Part shown: positions 27,225 to 40,715 of the stretch, one piece after another
How positions within the stretch are numbered: position 1 is the first letter of the stretch
How the letters are laid out: every line of letters starts with the position of its first letter
Assembly (NCBI GenBank): GCA_051294905.1
Contig: CM119372.1
Location: 27,716,001-27,780,000 of the forward strand
DNA: 64,000 nt
Direction: 5' to 3'
Source of the DNA: Botryllus schlosseri
Lineage: Eukaryota
Position numbers and translations under genes: made by a program
The notes under the pieces: generated by a model
Told to the model about the DNA's origin: nothing
What the model saw: only the letters and a program-made list of their open reading frames with translations
Database searches by the model: none

Positions 27225-27506
27225 AGCATGACGAACCACCAATTCAAATTTAAAAATGAAATCGAGCGCGCTCTACCGTAACCAAGGTGGCGACCCCTCT
27301 GCGTCACAGGAAAATATGTATATTTCATTGAAATATGACCCTTAAACTTAGTGGCTTGGTCAGTTGAATAATATTATTTAACATATACCATGATTTTATG
27401 CGATCCCAGAACGTTCTGATAGTTTATGAATGCGAAATTGATGATAAGTTACCAAGTATAAATTTTCTTGAAAGTAAGCCGCAGTGGCGAAGTGTTACAT
27501 ATAAAC

Positions 27507-28517
27507 CAGGGGCGGGCAACTTCTCCAGTCGGCGGGCCGGATTGCTGAATCGATACATTCATTATCCACATATACAATGAATAAATCGTATTTAATCAAT
27601 GTATATAAACGACAGCAATGTCACTTCAAAGCCATTTCTCGCTGATAATGACGAAGGCTATGTGTATTTGAGAACAGCATTGTCATACAGGCGCCTCCAT
27701 GTCTGCTTATCGCTGATCAATTAACACACAGTGCAATCCTTAATCAAGATTTCCATGCGCTCGATAAGCCCGCTACCCCAAATTTACCGGTTGAGTACAG
27801 CGCAAATGCCGATAATGCAAGACTTCTCGCTTCGCGAAACTTACGCGTGGCTCTACTCTCGTACGCTGCGCACACACGTATATAATTACAAATTACATAC
27901 AGTCAGGAACGTAACAGCACTTCGTCAGCCACTCTCCCGAAAACGTTGATATTGATATGGACATTTAAACATATATTTTATAGTTGTATATATATATCGA
28001 AGTTTACGGTCAGCGTAAGGGCAGACCTTTTCGGCCAAGGTCTTCTCGCTTCTGCTCGGTCTGGCACACTTTTCGGAGTCGCATGTCGCAGCGCCAGCAT
28101 GGCCTATAACTTCATATGTCTTGGTGCGTCGTGTAATGGCCAGCGCCAAAGTCTCCATTTCTATAAATCATGCGAATTTTTTTCGGCGAAGGGTACCCAA
28201 TAATGAAGGTAATTGCCAACATTAAATCGTGCGCAGCGCGAAAAATTTTTAAAGAAATACTTCATAATTCGTTTAAATTAGCGAAATATTTTTGGCCCGC
28301 TTCGAGCTCGGCTCCCTCCAATTCGGGGGTTTGGGGTGCGTCAGTTACGGTCTTGCATACAGTCACTAAAATTTGACGTTCAAGCAAGAAGTGGAGAATC
28401 TCGGCAGACTGGGGCCACCGGCCACATCATCATGTAAGACGGGAAACTGTCCGCGGGCCGGACAAAATCCCGTCGCGGGCCGGATCCGGCCCGCGGGCCG
28501 TATGTTGCCCGTCCCTG
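27507..28517 (-). mobile_element. hAT MITE, CAGGGGCGGGCAAC family (variant)
   Basis: TIRs, perfect TSD ATATAAAC, inverted relative to 12946 and 55992. Carries a segment (~28000-28360) similar to 22500-22865. Confidence 0.9.
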
Positions 28518-28877
28518 ATATAAACGGAGAAATACGCCGAATCGTTGCGACGATAACGGCCCAATGCGTTTATATGCCCAGAAAGTGTGTCTGTACGCAG
28601 AATAAAGTGTTATGAAGTGTTCATTACGACCTTGCGGATTTAGAGTGTAGTGTTTATTGATTTTTCTAATCAACAAAAAAATCATCATCGTCGTCGCTGG
28701 GGATCTTATGGGATCTCTGATGAGGTGCCGCGAAACTTGTGTTGGTGATGGCACCTTTTTAGACCCCACTCGCCGATCTCTGATGAGATGTCTGGTAGGT
28801 ATAGGGATCTCTGATGAGGTGACATCTCGCTGATGACTGGCTGTCGAATTGCTGATTGGATACGCGCGCTTTCTTGT

Positions 28878-29000
28878 CTGTTGTTGTTTGTGGTATTCAT
28901 GGGGATTTACTACTGCAATGCCGACTTGGAGCACGGTCCACTTTCAGACTTTTTTAAAACACCGCCTAAACAGATTGGATGGCGAAGAGCCTAGATAAGT
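28878..29000 (-). mobile_element. 3' fragment of SINE family A
   Basis: GCCGACTTGGAGCACGG...CACCGC...GAGCCTAGATAA matches 767-850. Confidence 0.7.
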
Positions 29001-29489
29001 GTGATCACCTGTTAGATGCAGAACCTTAACTGCCGTGCCCCAACCCCCCAATTGGTGCATCGTGCTCGAAGAGGAGCCCATGTTATCTCATGAATCAACA
29101 TAAATTATGTAGTATCGATCAATGTTTTGGTTTTAAGGGGTACCAATCACTCCAATAAGCCTTTCGGTGTCGGCCATTACCGCACCACGACATACGAAGA
29201 CATAATATAAAGTTTCTGCCGACATGCGACTCCGCGAAATGTACTGCCACTTTTCATTGACTATACAGGCGCATCTATGGCTGTCTCCAAATATTGATGT
29301 CACCAAAACTTCATAGTAGTATGCAGGGCTTTGGAGCAGTCGTAAATTTGTATTGCTCCAGCTCCGACTCCGGAGCTTTCTTCTATCATACATTAGATCC
29401 GACTCCAGCTCCGGAGCCGTATTATTACCACTGCTCCGTCTCCAGCTCCGGCTCCGGCTCTGAAAACTATCGAAGGCTACTGTCTATAT

Positions 29490-30180
29490 CAGGGGTTGGA
29501 AACCCGCGGCCTGCGTGCCATATGTGGCCCGCGATAAGGTTGTGAGTAGCCCGCGAGCTAATTTCCAATTATATTATCGAAATTCTGTTTATCGAAGTTA
29601 AATTGCTCAGATTGTGAACTTGCAAGGTAAACCAAAAATTTGATTAGTCTGGCCGCGACACTTGGGATGTTGATGACTAAAATATAAGTTCCGACGCATT
29701 AGCAGATCCGGGGTCTAGTCACATTTTAGTAAATCGTGGTACATTACAATAAACTAAAAAAGTAGTAAAGTTTTTCTTCACGCTTCGCGTATTTGATTGT
29801 CACACGATTTCTTCCTTTGTAGCCTAACCCCACCTAAAAATGGAAAAACGCCTGATTTAGCCGATTGAGTCTAACTATATTCGCAATTACGAGAGATAAT
29901 CTTTTCGCGTTTGCGCTCGCAGAAAGATCGTCGACGATGAAATGGAGGCTCAAAATTATTGTCGTATATTAGCGGAAATCTTCGATATCGATATGTCCAG
30001 ATGTCGTTTGTTCTGTCCTTGCAAACTGAGCCCAGCGGACGGTATACAGTCGACCCGCAATATACCCAAGTAATATTAATATTAACTTTGAAAATTTTAC
30101 GCGCTTGGCGCGGCTAGTGGGCAGCGCACTCGTTCATCAATTTCATGTGGCCCTTTAGCCGAAAAGGTTGGTCACCCCTG
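29490..30180 (+). mobile_element. Nested Charlie/Buster-type MITE
   Basis: CAGGGG termini, perfect TSD GTCTATAT. The same insertion is present at 40881-41560. Confidence 0.9.
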
Positions 30181-32134
30181 GTCTATATAGATTACTAAGT
30201 TACCCGTAGGTTAGTTATCTATAGTAATCTATAGTCTGTCAGCCGTCAGTAACATCGGATGCAGCAACGAAGACATAGGTGCCGCCGTGCCGGCTTGTGA
30301 CGTCATATGGAATACTTGTCAATTGTCGATAACATCATAGTTGCACTAGAACGCACTTTACTCGGTGCATTGCTGTGTAGTGTACAGCATTAAAATTCTG
30401 ATGCGGCGTTTTAATAATGGCACTGTGATCGTTAACATTGATCCATACAGCTCAATTCAATCTTTAAATGTGCGATTATGATTCAACTGTAACTGTAGTA
30501 AGAGCAATATTGGCGGATAACACGACGTGATCAATAGAAATTCGATTTGTACCAAATGGCCAATTGTTTGACGTTCGATATTGGAGCACTCGTTACCAGT
30601 GAATCCGGTGTCGATCAAGTTTATCGGAATATGCTATTTTCCCGTTGAAACGAATTTAATTAAACACTGTGCCATGCACATTCCGCCATGCCCATAACGA
30701 ATTAAACTATGCAGTATGCACATTGCACATTTACAAGTCACAGTGCGCGACAATCCGGGAATCCTAGAGTATCAAGCAGACATTAAGAATGAACGAAACA
30801 GATGATGACAAATTGGTAATCGCGTATCGAATCAGTAATTTGTCTCCAACATAAAATACATGGGGTCGTGACTCCTGACATCGTATTGAGTAACTCGCAC
30901 CGCGACAATTGTTTGCTGAGTGTAACGTCGTTTTGGGCTACTCTTCCGCCATCCCCAATTTACGCTAGGAAATCCTTACTGGAGTGAATGACGATCATGC
31001 GCAGTAATGAATTCCAATCAGCATGAATGATTGCATACTCAATAACACTGTCCAATTTCGCGGCCCGATTAAAGAATTAACACGAAAGAACGAGTATTTG
31101 CTCATCCGATTCATACACTCTTAACGAAAAGAGTGGTTATACACACCCCAAAAGGTGGTACACGAAAACAGAACTTACGTAACCCTGCCGGTGTGAATGA
31201 CCAGAATCCACCCCATTCCTTGCGGTGTATATCGGATATCTCACCCTAGCCATTAGAATTGATTGGGGCGGAATTTCAATATATACACCCCACTTGAAAT
31301 CCTGCATCTTCTTCCAAATGGCACGCTATTGCAAATAAACTTTCTTGATTGCATATATTCGATATCAATTGAACCATAATAACATAAAATGGAAACATAT
31401 TTCGTGAAATAACAAAAACAGAGATCCCAGCGACGGAGAAAAAAATTCACTGAAAATACTGCTCGAAGAACATTGCCCATGTAGTATTGGGATGTCGCCT
31501 CCTCCAGGTTTCCGAAAAACACTCTTGTACGGCGAAGGCTGAGTCATTATCTTCAGCAAGATCTTGTGGCATCATCCTGAAATCGAAATGCATATTCACA
31601 ACCCAAATAACAGGCAGATATGCTAACATGCATAACTTAATGAAAGACCACAAAAATAGAAGCCATTACAAAGTATATATATTTTCACGAAGTACTTACA
31701 AAAAATCAGATGTTACACTTGCTAAGGAATTGCAGCACAGACTGTGGTCCGATAGGGTGAACTTACCGCTATAGGAAACATGTTCACACACGATCACTGT
31801 ATGTGTGGGCAATTAGGCATCGACAAAATGGAAATTGATGGATAGTTTTCATGCAAACCGCATGTAACAGGCAGACTTGGACAACTAGAAAACGTTCCCT
31901 TTTTCCAAATTGGATTGGAATTATATTACAACTACAAGTTTTTTTTTCGAATTAGAGTAGAATTAAAATTTGAGCTACACAGTTGGAAATTAGATTAAAA
32001 TTATAATTCTACCTAACAGTTTTTTTCAAATTAGATTAGAATTACTGAAATCGCCAAAAGTTGAATCAAATTCCGTTATCATCAAATCATAGTTCATCTT
32101 ATGAGCATGAGAACAGCAAATTTCTACTGTACAG

Positions 32135-32795
32135 TAGGGGTGTTCAAAAATGACTTTTTCTTTCAAATCTACCGGCTACTCGATAAAATTGTTAGGTTAC
32201 CTAATTGAAGCCTGCACACCAAATTTGGTTTGAATCCAACCAGTAGCCGCATTGCTACAGGAGAAGAAAGTTTTTTATTTATTATATGAAAATGAACGAA
32301 AAAAGATTTAAAATTTTCTGTTCACCGCATTAAATTGTTAGGTTGTCTATAGCAACAATCCTCAACCGATTTGGCTCAATTCCAACCAGTGGAAGCAGAG
32401 TTATTGCCGTCACAAAATTTTGGATTTGAATAAAATAGTATTTACGGTGAACGATTCTTTAATCATTTATGACTGTTGTGCCCACCGTAAATACTATTTT
32501 ATTCAAATCCAAATTTTTTGAAATCAATAACTCCGCTTCGGTTGGTTTGATTTGAGGCAAATTTGGTGGGAATCGTTTCTATAGACAACCTTACAATTTC
32601 ATGGGTGAACAGAAAATTTTGAATTTTTTTACTAATTTTTAAATAATAAATAAAATAACTTTCTTCTCCTGTAGCAATGTGGCTACTGGTTGGAATTGAA
32701 CCAAATTTGGTGTTTAGGCTTCAATTCCGTAATCCAACAATTTTACCAAGTAGCCAGAAGAATTTGAGAATAAAGATTCATTTTTAACACCCCTG
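32135..32795. mobile_element. Foldback MITE with ~300-bp imperfect inverted arms
   Basis: (T/C)AGGGGTGTT termini, arms run almost to the centre (~32465), TSD CTGTACAG/CTGCACAG. Confidence 0.9.
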
Positions 32796-33642
32796 CTGCA
32801 CAGCAAGCTTGGCTTGTTTCGCACTAGACAGTTCTTCTGCAACGTACCCAGGAAATCCGGGCATTAGATTAGACTTAAAAATAGACCATAGAAAGATTTC
32901 ATATATTCGATTAGAATTGGAATTAGAGCATAGAAACGTTTCACAAATTAGAATAGCTTCAATTAGGTTAATTAGACAACTAGAATACTAGCAACACCGC
33001 CTATATCAGAAATAACTGAATATTTTTTTGAAGATTCTTGCTGTTAGTAGTGTCATATGCCATTAGTAATTTTATATTAGTCGCGAAGATTCATATCGCA
33101 ATTTTCAAGGTAGAATCCTCTGAAAATCTGCGTACCATACTTGACTATTTTTCCAACATTTCGTATTCTACTTCCACTTGGCGTAGTTTTGAATTGTATT
33201 GGGAACTGTTGCATCTACTTGTAATCGAGTATAAATTGACGGGGTATTTCTACATAGACTTGAGTAGCAACGCTAGTAACTTTGACCATCTCTGCTTTGG
33301 TTTACTTCATATATGCGACTACGAAAGTTGACATCAGGTGTCGTTAACAAAGTTGTCATACCTGCTGGCTTGATAACGAGTCTTTCAGTTGTCGCAGCAT
33401 ACTCCTAAACTCGGTTAGTTCCAGTGATATAATCTTGCTCTTGGAGCATGCAGTCTTTAAGCAGCATCCTAAAATTTAAAAAATAATTAGAGAAAGAGAT
33501 GCATGGACTTGATTTAAATTTGACTACTTGGTATTAATCCAAAACACGAAACGTTTTCTAGTTGGGCAATATTGACTTTCAGAATGGATTCAAAGCGACC
33601 GCAGATACAGGTCTGATTAGGAAACCTTGACTTGCCTTAGCC

Positions 33643-33994
33643 CAGTGGTTCCCAACCTTTTTCGACCCATCGCCCCCTTTTCAAGGTCAACACCGATCAT
33701 CGCCCCCAAAATTTTGTGTACCGAAAATTGGGCATACAAACTGTAATCACCGGCGGGTTGACTAAAATAAAAAGGTCAAATTTTCGGCTCGATGTCTAAT
33801 TTAACTAAATTTCCGTGGGTTGACTAAAAAAAAAAGGTCAGCCGTTTTGACGCGTCATCGCCCCCCTATCGCCCCTTCCTATTTTCGCCCCCCGTCGCCC
33901 CCTCTGTCCATTTTCGCCCCCTTCGTCATTTTCGCTCCCCTAGACCGCCAAATCGCCCCCTGGGGGGCGATATCGCCCACGTTGGGAACCACTG
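33643..33994. mobile_element. Charlie/Buster-type MITE with TCGCCCC repeats
   Basis: CAGTGGTTCCCAAC TIRs, perfect TSD CCTTAGCC. Confidence 0.95.
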
Positions 33995-36900
33995 CCTTAG
34001 CCTATACATGGAAATTTGCAAATTAGCTGAATGATAATGATTACCTTGGAATATAAGCTGTTTGATAACGATCCTTTAGGATTTGGTTGAAATTCCATGA
34101 TATTAGCTTGTATAGCAGCATCCTAAAATTGAAAAAATAACCATGAGGCATACGGTAAACGTTTAGTTGACAATTTGGATTGGATTCGAAAGGCCCACGA
34201 CATCCGAAATGTGTACTGATGTTGTAGCCTTGACTTGCTTTATGCTTGTAAATAAGCGAGTTAAAGTACAATTTTGTAACTATCCTACGCATAGTATATT
34301 ACTCAAACTCACCAACAACATATTTGATTTCACATTCACAGAGTAAGAGTCTGCTACTAATAGCAATCAGTCCTTGAATCTAACAAAAAGCAGATTTGTG
34401 CATATGCACAGATCGTGTGTATGTCATATCATGAGTCAAGAAGTGCATATATTATGATTTGTTTATATTGATCGAAAGGATAGTTTGATAAACTTTGGCA
34501 AGGCTATGTTTGCCTCTTCATATTGGTCAAAACATTGAAGACCCAGCTAATCCGTGCATTGTTGCCCACCGAGTTAACCGCAGCAGTGCGCATTGCTACT
34601 CAAGCAATAGATGTCAATTTCTACTCAATGACAAGCATATAGAACTGGCTATGTCAAATCCATGTCAAGCTGCTTCAAATTAAAATAAATATATGAACAG
34701 AACTCAGAGAAGTAGTTTCAAAAGAAGTAGTCTGGTTGATGGGTCACATACTCTTAACAGATAGTCTGAGTTGGCCACTGCAAAATATGTTCAATGAGGT
34801 AAGCCTGTTCCTAGTCAAGTCTCTCATATTCATAGTGATAGCAATATAGCATCGTCATATTTTCACCCATGTCATAATATCATTAACATTTACTGGCCCC
34901 TATTTACGGGGATCGAAAGCTTTCATCAAATGTCCATTGCTCACCTCAGATACCATTGCTTCATATGCTTCAGCCCTTTGCTGTTTGTATGTTACACTTG
35001 TTTTCTCATGAGGAGAAATCGATAATTTCATTCTTCAAGAGCCCAAATTTGCGATCTTTGCCCATGCAAGTCTGAAGTAGAATAGATAATATGTTTACCT
35101 TCCTACCATAACATAACATAATATATAATGTGTATATAGCTCAGTGATAATGACAGGGTGATAGGCCTATAAACTTAGCTCTGCATAGTCAGTGGTAGGC
35201 TACCCTTTACACTTAAACAGGTCGTGATGTGCTTTGGTAATCAATATAACGACAATCGAGTCGATTTTTTTCTCAATGCACTTACAAACGATGTCGCACA
35301 AACCCAAATTACCGTAGTTTATAATGATAGCTAATGCTGGACCTGTCAACAGTATCTCCATTAGAGACATTGAGCTACTGTGTCTTGGAGATTGGTATCG
35401 GTACTGGTGATACAACAATTTATGTGAATTCAATGTATCGTCACTACCGGTACGTTTAAAATTCCAACTTGCTACATATAATTCTGTTCAGTACAGCTGC
35501 GACACTGAGTAACAGGAATCGGATCTGTACTGGAAACGCAACGGAACAATTGTTCTATACTACAATAGTACAGATACGAAATGTAACTCACCATCCAGAT
35601 ATTTTCAATCTCGAAAGAGGCTTTCTTCACAGATTCACGACGACTAATACGGTCAGTCGATAGCCAGTCTGGTCTCTTAAGCGCGGAAATACGGTATATA
35701 ACGAAACATTTTACATAGCTGTAGCCAAACATAGCAGCAGCTGTTCTGGTGACGACGGTTTGTATATTCCATTATGATGTGACAATTGACTCACTGATGT
35801 AATAACTATATTGAAGTTAAGGATCTCCGGAATATTTGTATGTATACTATAATTGATTTATCGGAAATATGGATTTGATAGCTGTGAAGCTGCAGATTGC
35901 ATCATAATAAGCTTCAAAAAGTCTTGCAGTACTAGATTTATCTTCATAGATCGAACCATTGATACGATGCGAAAGCTGTATGCTAATTGTCGGTTAGGCT
36001 TAGTGTGCAATTCATAAAGCTACCAAATAGTGAATAACACATCAATATAGATATGAAAATAACCAGGAAACTTTGCCCAATTTAGTCCCTCTTTCGCCCA
36101 ATTCAATGATTGTTCCGTGACGTAACCTGGTGTTCCATTCTAATTTGAATTCTTGCTACGCCCATATTGCGTACTGCTCATATACGTTTGTGGCTGAAAT
36201 TTAACTCCTTCTAGTATTCCCAGCTCTAAATACCCTTAACCTGCATTATATTGTGGTTATACACTAATGCTGTGCGGAATAGGCCCGATATATTTTGTAC
36301 ATAAAGGCTACGTACAAAGTACAATTGTGCATTTGACGTGACATGAAAGAAATTATAAACCAGTATCGTGACAACTTCATAATGTGTCGTATTTTTGCGA
36401 CACACTTGAGATACATCGGTCACACTATAGTAGACAGGGTGAAATTTCAGCCAAAGTAAGAGTACCGCAGTGCACGATAAATGTGAATTACAATATGATA
36501 TTGCAGACTTAGCTATTATTCATTCATGTCAATGTAGCACACGAATGTTATACAACGAATTCTTATTTGTCACTGAAGCTGAAACTATATGCGTAGGCGA
36601 ATTTACTTGATCGAACCGGGTTAAATCCATAAAAACTGAACAATGGAACATTGCCGAAGCCTACCCAAGAAGCCTTAAAGACATGGACAACAATAAAGTG
36701 GGCGAAAACACGCATTATCGGTGGATAATTCAACCCCAAAGAGAATATGTCCGACACGACCTACAGTTAGACACAGCAGAGAAGTTCTCAAGTGCCCATA
36801 CAATGATCAGTATACAGTGATTCGACTGAATTTTTAACAAGAATGCAGACTTGCCGCACCCCTGCCTGCTTAGCCAGGCATCTGACCGACACAGACTTAA

Positions 36901-37414
36901 AACTTCAACAGTCAAGTTTTGTGGAAGCGGCTAGCGCGGATTGAATCCCAAACTTCATATTTGTCTGACAAAAGGTGTAATCTTTAACAATTCACCCCAA
37001 ATGCCAATGCTTTGGGTGTATATCTTATGGTATATGTGTGTAGGGGTGTGTTCGGCTCATTTCCACCAATAGCTTAGGTGTAAATGACAAATTCAGTACC
37101 CAATAGGTGTGATGACCCAAAACACACCCTACGCTAGGGTGTGAATTGCGAAAACACACCATTTTCGTTTACAGTGTAGCAACGATGAGATGGCATTTCT
37201 CGGCTCGTGCTCGTCATATCGACATGTGCAACGAAATTATGTTTTTATCCTCTCTCCCATTTCGCGTAATACATCGTGATCATTATTTTCGAACCGTACA
37301 ATTGGCCAACGAGGTTATGTTGATGATGAAATTACGGGTATGCCGAATACCCCCAATATTCGCATACCGCGAGGTTTGGCACTCATGCATGATAATTGAA
37401 CATTGATCATATGA

Positions 37415-38524
37415 TAGGGTTGCCATACGTCCGGAATTTCCCGGACATGTCCGGAATTTCATTGAAAAATCCGCGTCCGGGAGGAATTTCTAAAATATGC
37501 CAAAATGTCCGGAATTTTGAAGGCTTGAAACAGGCTCAAAAGTTTTCCGTAAATGAACATAAACAATATTATTTTTAAGCAGATTTATGCTATTCAAAAC
37601 TCTTCTTCGCGCCGCGCGCGAGTTAATGCAACGTATAATGATATTAGTATGGGCACCAGGCACCACCCTCGTCAAAAAATCCAATCAAAATAAATACATA
37701 TAACCATCCTTTACTGAAATAAATCTGACTGTTATCGCAATTATAAGGTAACGGTTTCGGCCGATTGGATGCTTCAGTCACAGACAGTGGTTCCAAATCT
37801 TGGGGTCGTTTGCCTTTTATATGATCGCGATCGCGATGACTTTGGACGTAATCAGCTTCCTGGGCCGTAAGTAAGTTTGTGCAGGATGATATTTTTTTTA
37901 GTAATCAGCTAATCAAGTTTTGAGCACTGAATATTTTCAAGTTGGAAATGAGGTCGCGACCATGAAAGGTTGGAAATCACCGGATATGAAACCTCCTGGT
38001 GCATTTTACAGTAGCCTAATATATGGAAAAATCAATATTATTGACAGAATTCTTACATAAAATTTAACAGCCAAAAGCATATAGTAAGTGCAAAACAAGT
38101 TACATCGACTACCCTATGTTGGGCCCAAGATCAGTGCTCTTTTGGTCGGAAGGGGGCAGAAAAAATGTTGTTTCGGACCTGATTAAAATACATAACCAGA
38201 TAGCCGCACCGAACTAACAGTATAGCAGGGCTGTCAAACACAATCCTGACAGGCCAGACACGGCCCGCCAGACGATTTCATCCGGCCAGTGGAGGAATCT
38301 ATTGCAGACCCTAGCAAGTAGCGATCACCAGAGCTCACATTCCAGATGGCCCAATTCATAACCTATGTTCCACTCCATTCCTGTATAGTGTATCACAGTC
38401 GATGGGCAATGCTTTGCTAGTGTGACGTCATATTGACGGACAATATGTTACACCTCATTTTGAAATCCGCTAGTGGGTGCTAAAGAGTGTCCGGAATTTG
38501 CTTCACAAAATTATGGTAACCCTA
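37415..38524. mobile_element. hAT-type element (TAGGGTTGCCATA, TCCGG subterminal repeats)
   Basis: TIRs, TSD TCATATGA/TCATATAA. Contains a further CAGTGGTT MITE at ~37786-37982. Confidence 0.85.
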
Positions 38525-39029
38525 TCATATAACTGCTCTGCTGTTAAATCCCCAGAAACATGGTTAGACGGAAAAGTTAGCGCCAAAGAAGAAAAAATTC
38601 TTAATTTCGGGAAGACCTGCTGTTGAATTACGTGAAATCAGCAGATATGGTTGCTGCATATGTAATAGCATCTTATGAAATACGTCGGAGCCGGAGCTAC
38701 CCCTCGAATAACTGGCTCCAGCTCCGGCTCCGGCTGAATTTTATGTAGAGCTCCGGATCCGGCTCCTGCTCCAGATCCGGTAAAAAGGCACGGCTCCGGG
38801 GCTCCGGCTCCGGCTCCAAAGCCCTGGTAGTATGTCCAATCGCCAATATCATTCACTGTATGCTATCATGAATTCGGGAAAATATTCACGCTGGGCGCGA
38901 CTGTAACGGACAACTGTAACGCACTGAAAACATAAAAACAGCGCAAACGAGAAGTGTTTCAAACGTTAGTCGCGAAAAAGCTTCTGATGGTGGGTCGTGC
39001 AATGAAATTCCTAGGAATCACCTCCTAGG

Positions 39030-39245
39030 AATAGTGCACTGAACGCTCTCTCATTTGAAGTTTCATACTGGTGACGACATATCTTGTGATACGATTGTTG
39101 ATATACAATGTTCTTTCTTATTCTCTACTAGTTGCTGACGATTACCCCTGACGAGTATCAGCCGAAAATATTCGGGTTCATTTCAATATGAATATACTAT
39201 CAATTGTATATCTACTGAAGTTCTGTACCTCAAAGAAGCTCTTCA
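39030..39245 (+). mobile_element. Solo Penelope pseudo-LTR fragment
   Basis: Colinear with 61666-61848 and with the reverse complement of 60319-60530. Confidence 0.85.
39144..39177 (+). ncRNA. Minimal type I hammerhead ribozyme
   Basis: ACCC-CTGACGA-G..C-GAAA-ATAT-TC-GGGT. Core is intact, stem I is ACCC/GGGT, and stem III is the palindrome AATATT. Confidence 0.75.
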
Positions 39246-40715
39246 GAGATATTTATGTGGGACGAGGTCGAATGCCTTTTGTTGGTCAAAGCTCGCGATG
39301 ACAAGTGCCGATTCTTTGTCTATAGATAACTAACCTACGGATAGATGCGCAACACGTGATTCACGGTCGAGTGATGCGACAACGGCAGATTTGTTGTCGC
39401 TTCATAGCATGAAACAGCAACGTAATTGCTACTCCCAAGATGACGACCCGAGCGCTCAAATTAAATAAAGTTGATCTTATTTGAAAGCTACATTCGAGCT
39501 GATTCAGAATATATACCTTAAACTTTCATCAAGGCAATGGAACCACCCCGAAATAGACTTCAAAGTCTGAAAATCGGCATTGTTCTATACCAAAGGTCTG
39601 AAACTCAATGTGCTCGCGGGCCAATTTCCTACTTTTTGATGGCGCCGCGGGCCGCATCACAGATAATAAGGGAATTCAGTGTATTTCCAAGTAGGCATTA
39701 TTTGACGGGACTTTGCAGACTGGAATTCCACACACATCGTGAAAATGTGATTTACTATTGTGGATTCACGCCTGGCACGAAAAAATCACATTTTAATATA
39801 TTCGAATAAAATTGTTGCTGTACTTGGCATAGTTGCTGTATATTTAGTTACACCAAAACACAGTACGAATTCATGAGGACATCGTACAAGCTGTCGCATT
39901 AAAATTTTGCAGCTAGCGGACATTTGACGTGTCACAATTATAGGTAGACTATTTGATAATATTACAAAGATTGATCTGATATCAGAGCATTGGAGCAGTA
40001 CAACCTATACAATCCGAATTTCGGGCATGCATACTCCTGATAACTATAGATAGGGTATTGATCAATTCATTACAAAAGTCATATTAAATCAGCGTTATAT
40101 TTACCTTGGAAAATTGGAACATATCTATAACAACTTGAATATGATGACTACTGTGGCATAGCATTAGAAATGTCAAATCGCCGATGAATTCATTGTCATT
40201 GGCGTCACAATTTTCAGTCACGAATCATCAACGGGTCATGTTTTACCATCATAAACAAGTAGTGTGACGTAATAGTTGCTCTTCCACTGCGTAGTAACTT
40301 TTGAAAGTCATGTAATAGTGAAGTTAGATGAGTAGTTTCAGCATAGTGTCATTTTTGACCGGCTTGCCGAGCATTAAATTAGGTAAAACGGGTATCAATC
40401 GAAAGCTGGCTCTGCACTGATTACGAAAATATAAATTTTATTCCGCTCGTGGCCCTGGAACTCCCACAATCAGCCTCGAATTTTTCATTGTTATGGAGAT
40501 TGTCATTGGGACGCAACAATACTGTCTGACGAAACGAGAGAGTAGCTCAAGAGAAAAGAGCCAGACAGCATTGTTCAGCATTGTTGCGTCCCAATGCCAA
40601 TCTCGATAACAATGAAAAATTCGAGGCTGATTGTGGGAGTTCCAGGGCCACGAGCGGAATAAAATTTATATTTTCGTAATCAGTGCAGAGCCAGCTTTCG
40701 ATTGATACCCGTTTT

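Larger units (their letters stand above)
31116..37176. mobile_element. CACT-terminated (EnSpm/CMC-like) element with cargo
   Basis: CACTCTTAACGAAAAGAGTG vs reverse complement of the right end CACTGTAAACGAAAATGGTG (16/20), TA on both flanks, ACACCC subterminal repeats. Confidence 0.65.
29324..38826 (+). mobile_element. CAGGGCTTTGGAGC hAT-type element with (GCTCCG)n subterminal repeats, expanded to 9.5 kb
   Basis: TIRs with perfect 8-bp TSD GTAGTATG. Ends are colinear with the compact copy at 40716-42008. Confidence 0.9.
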
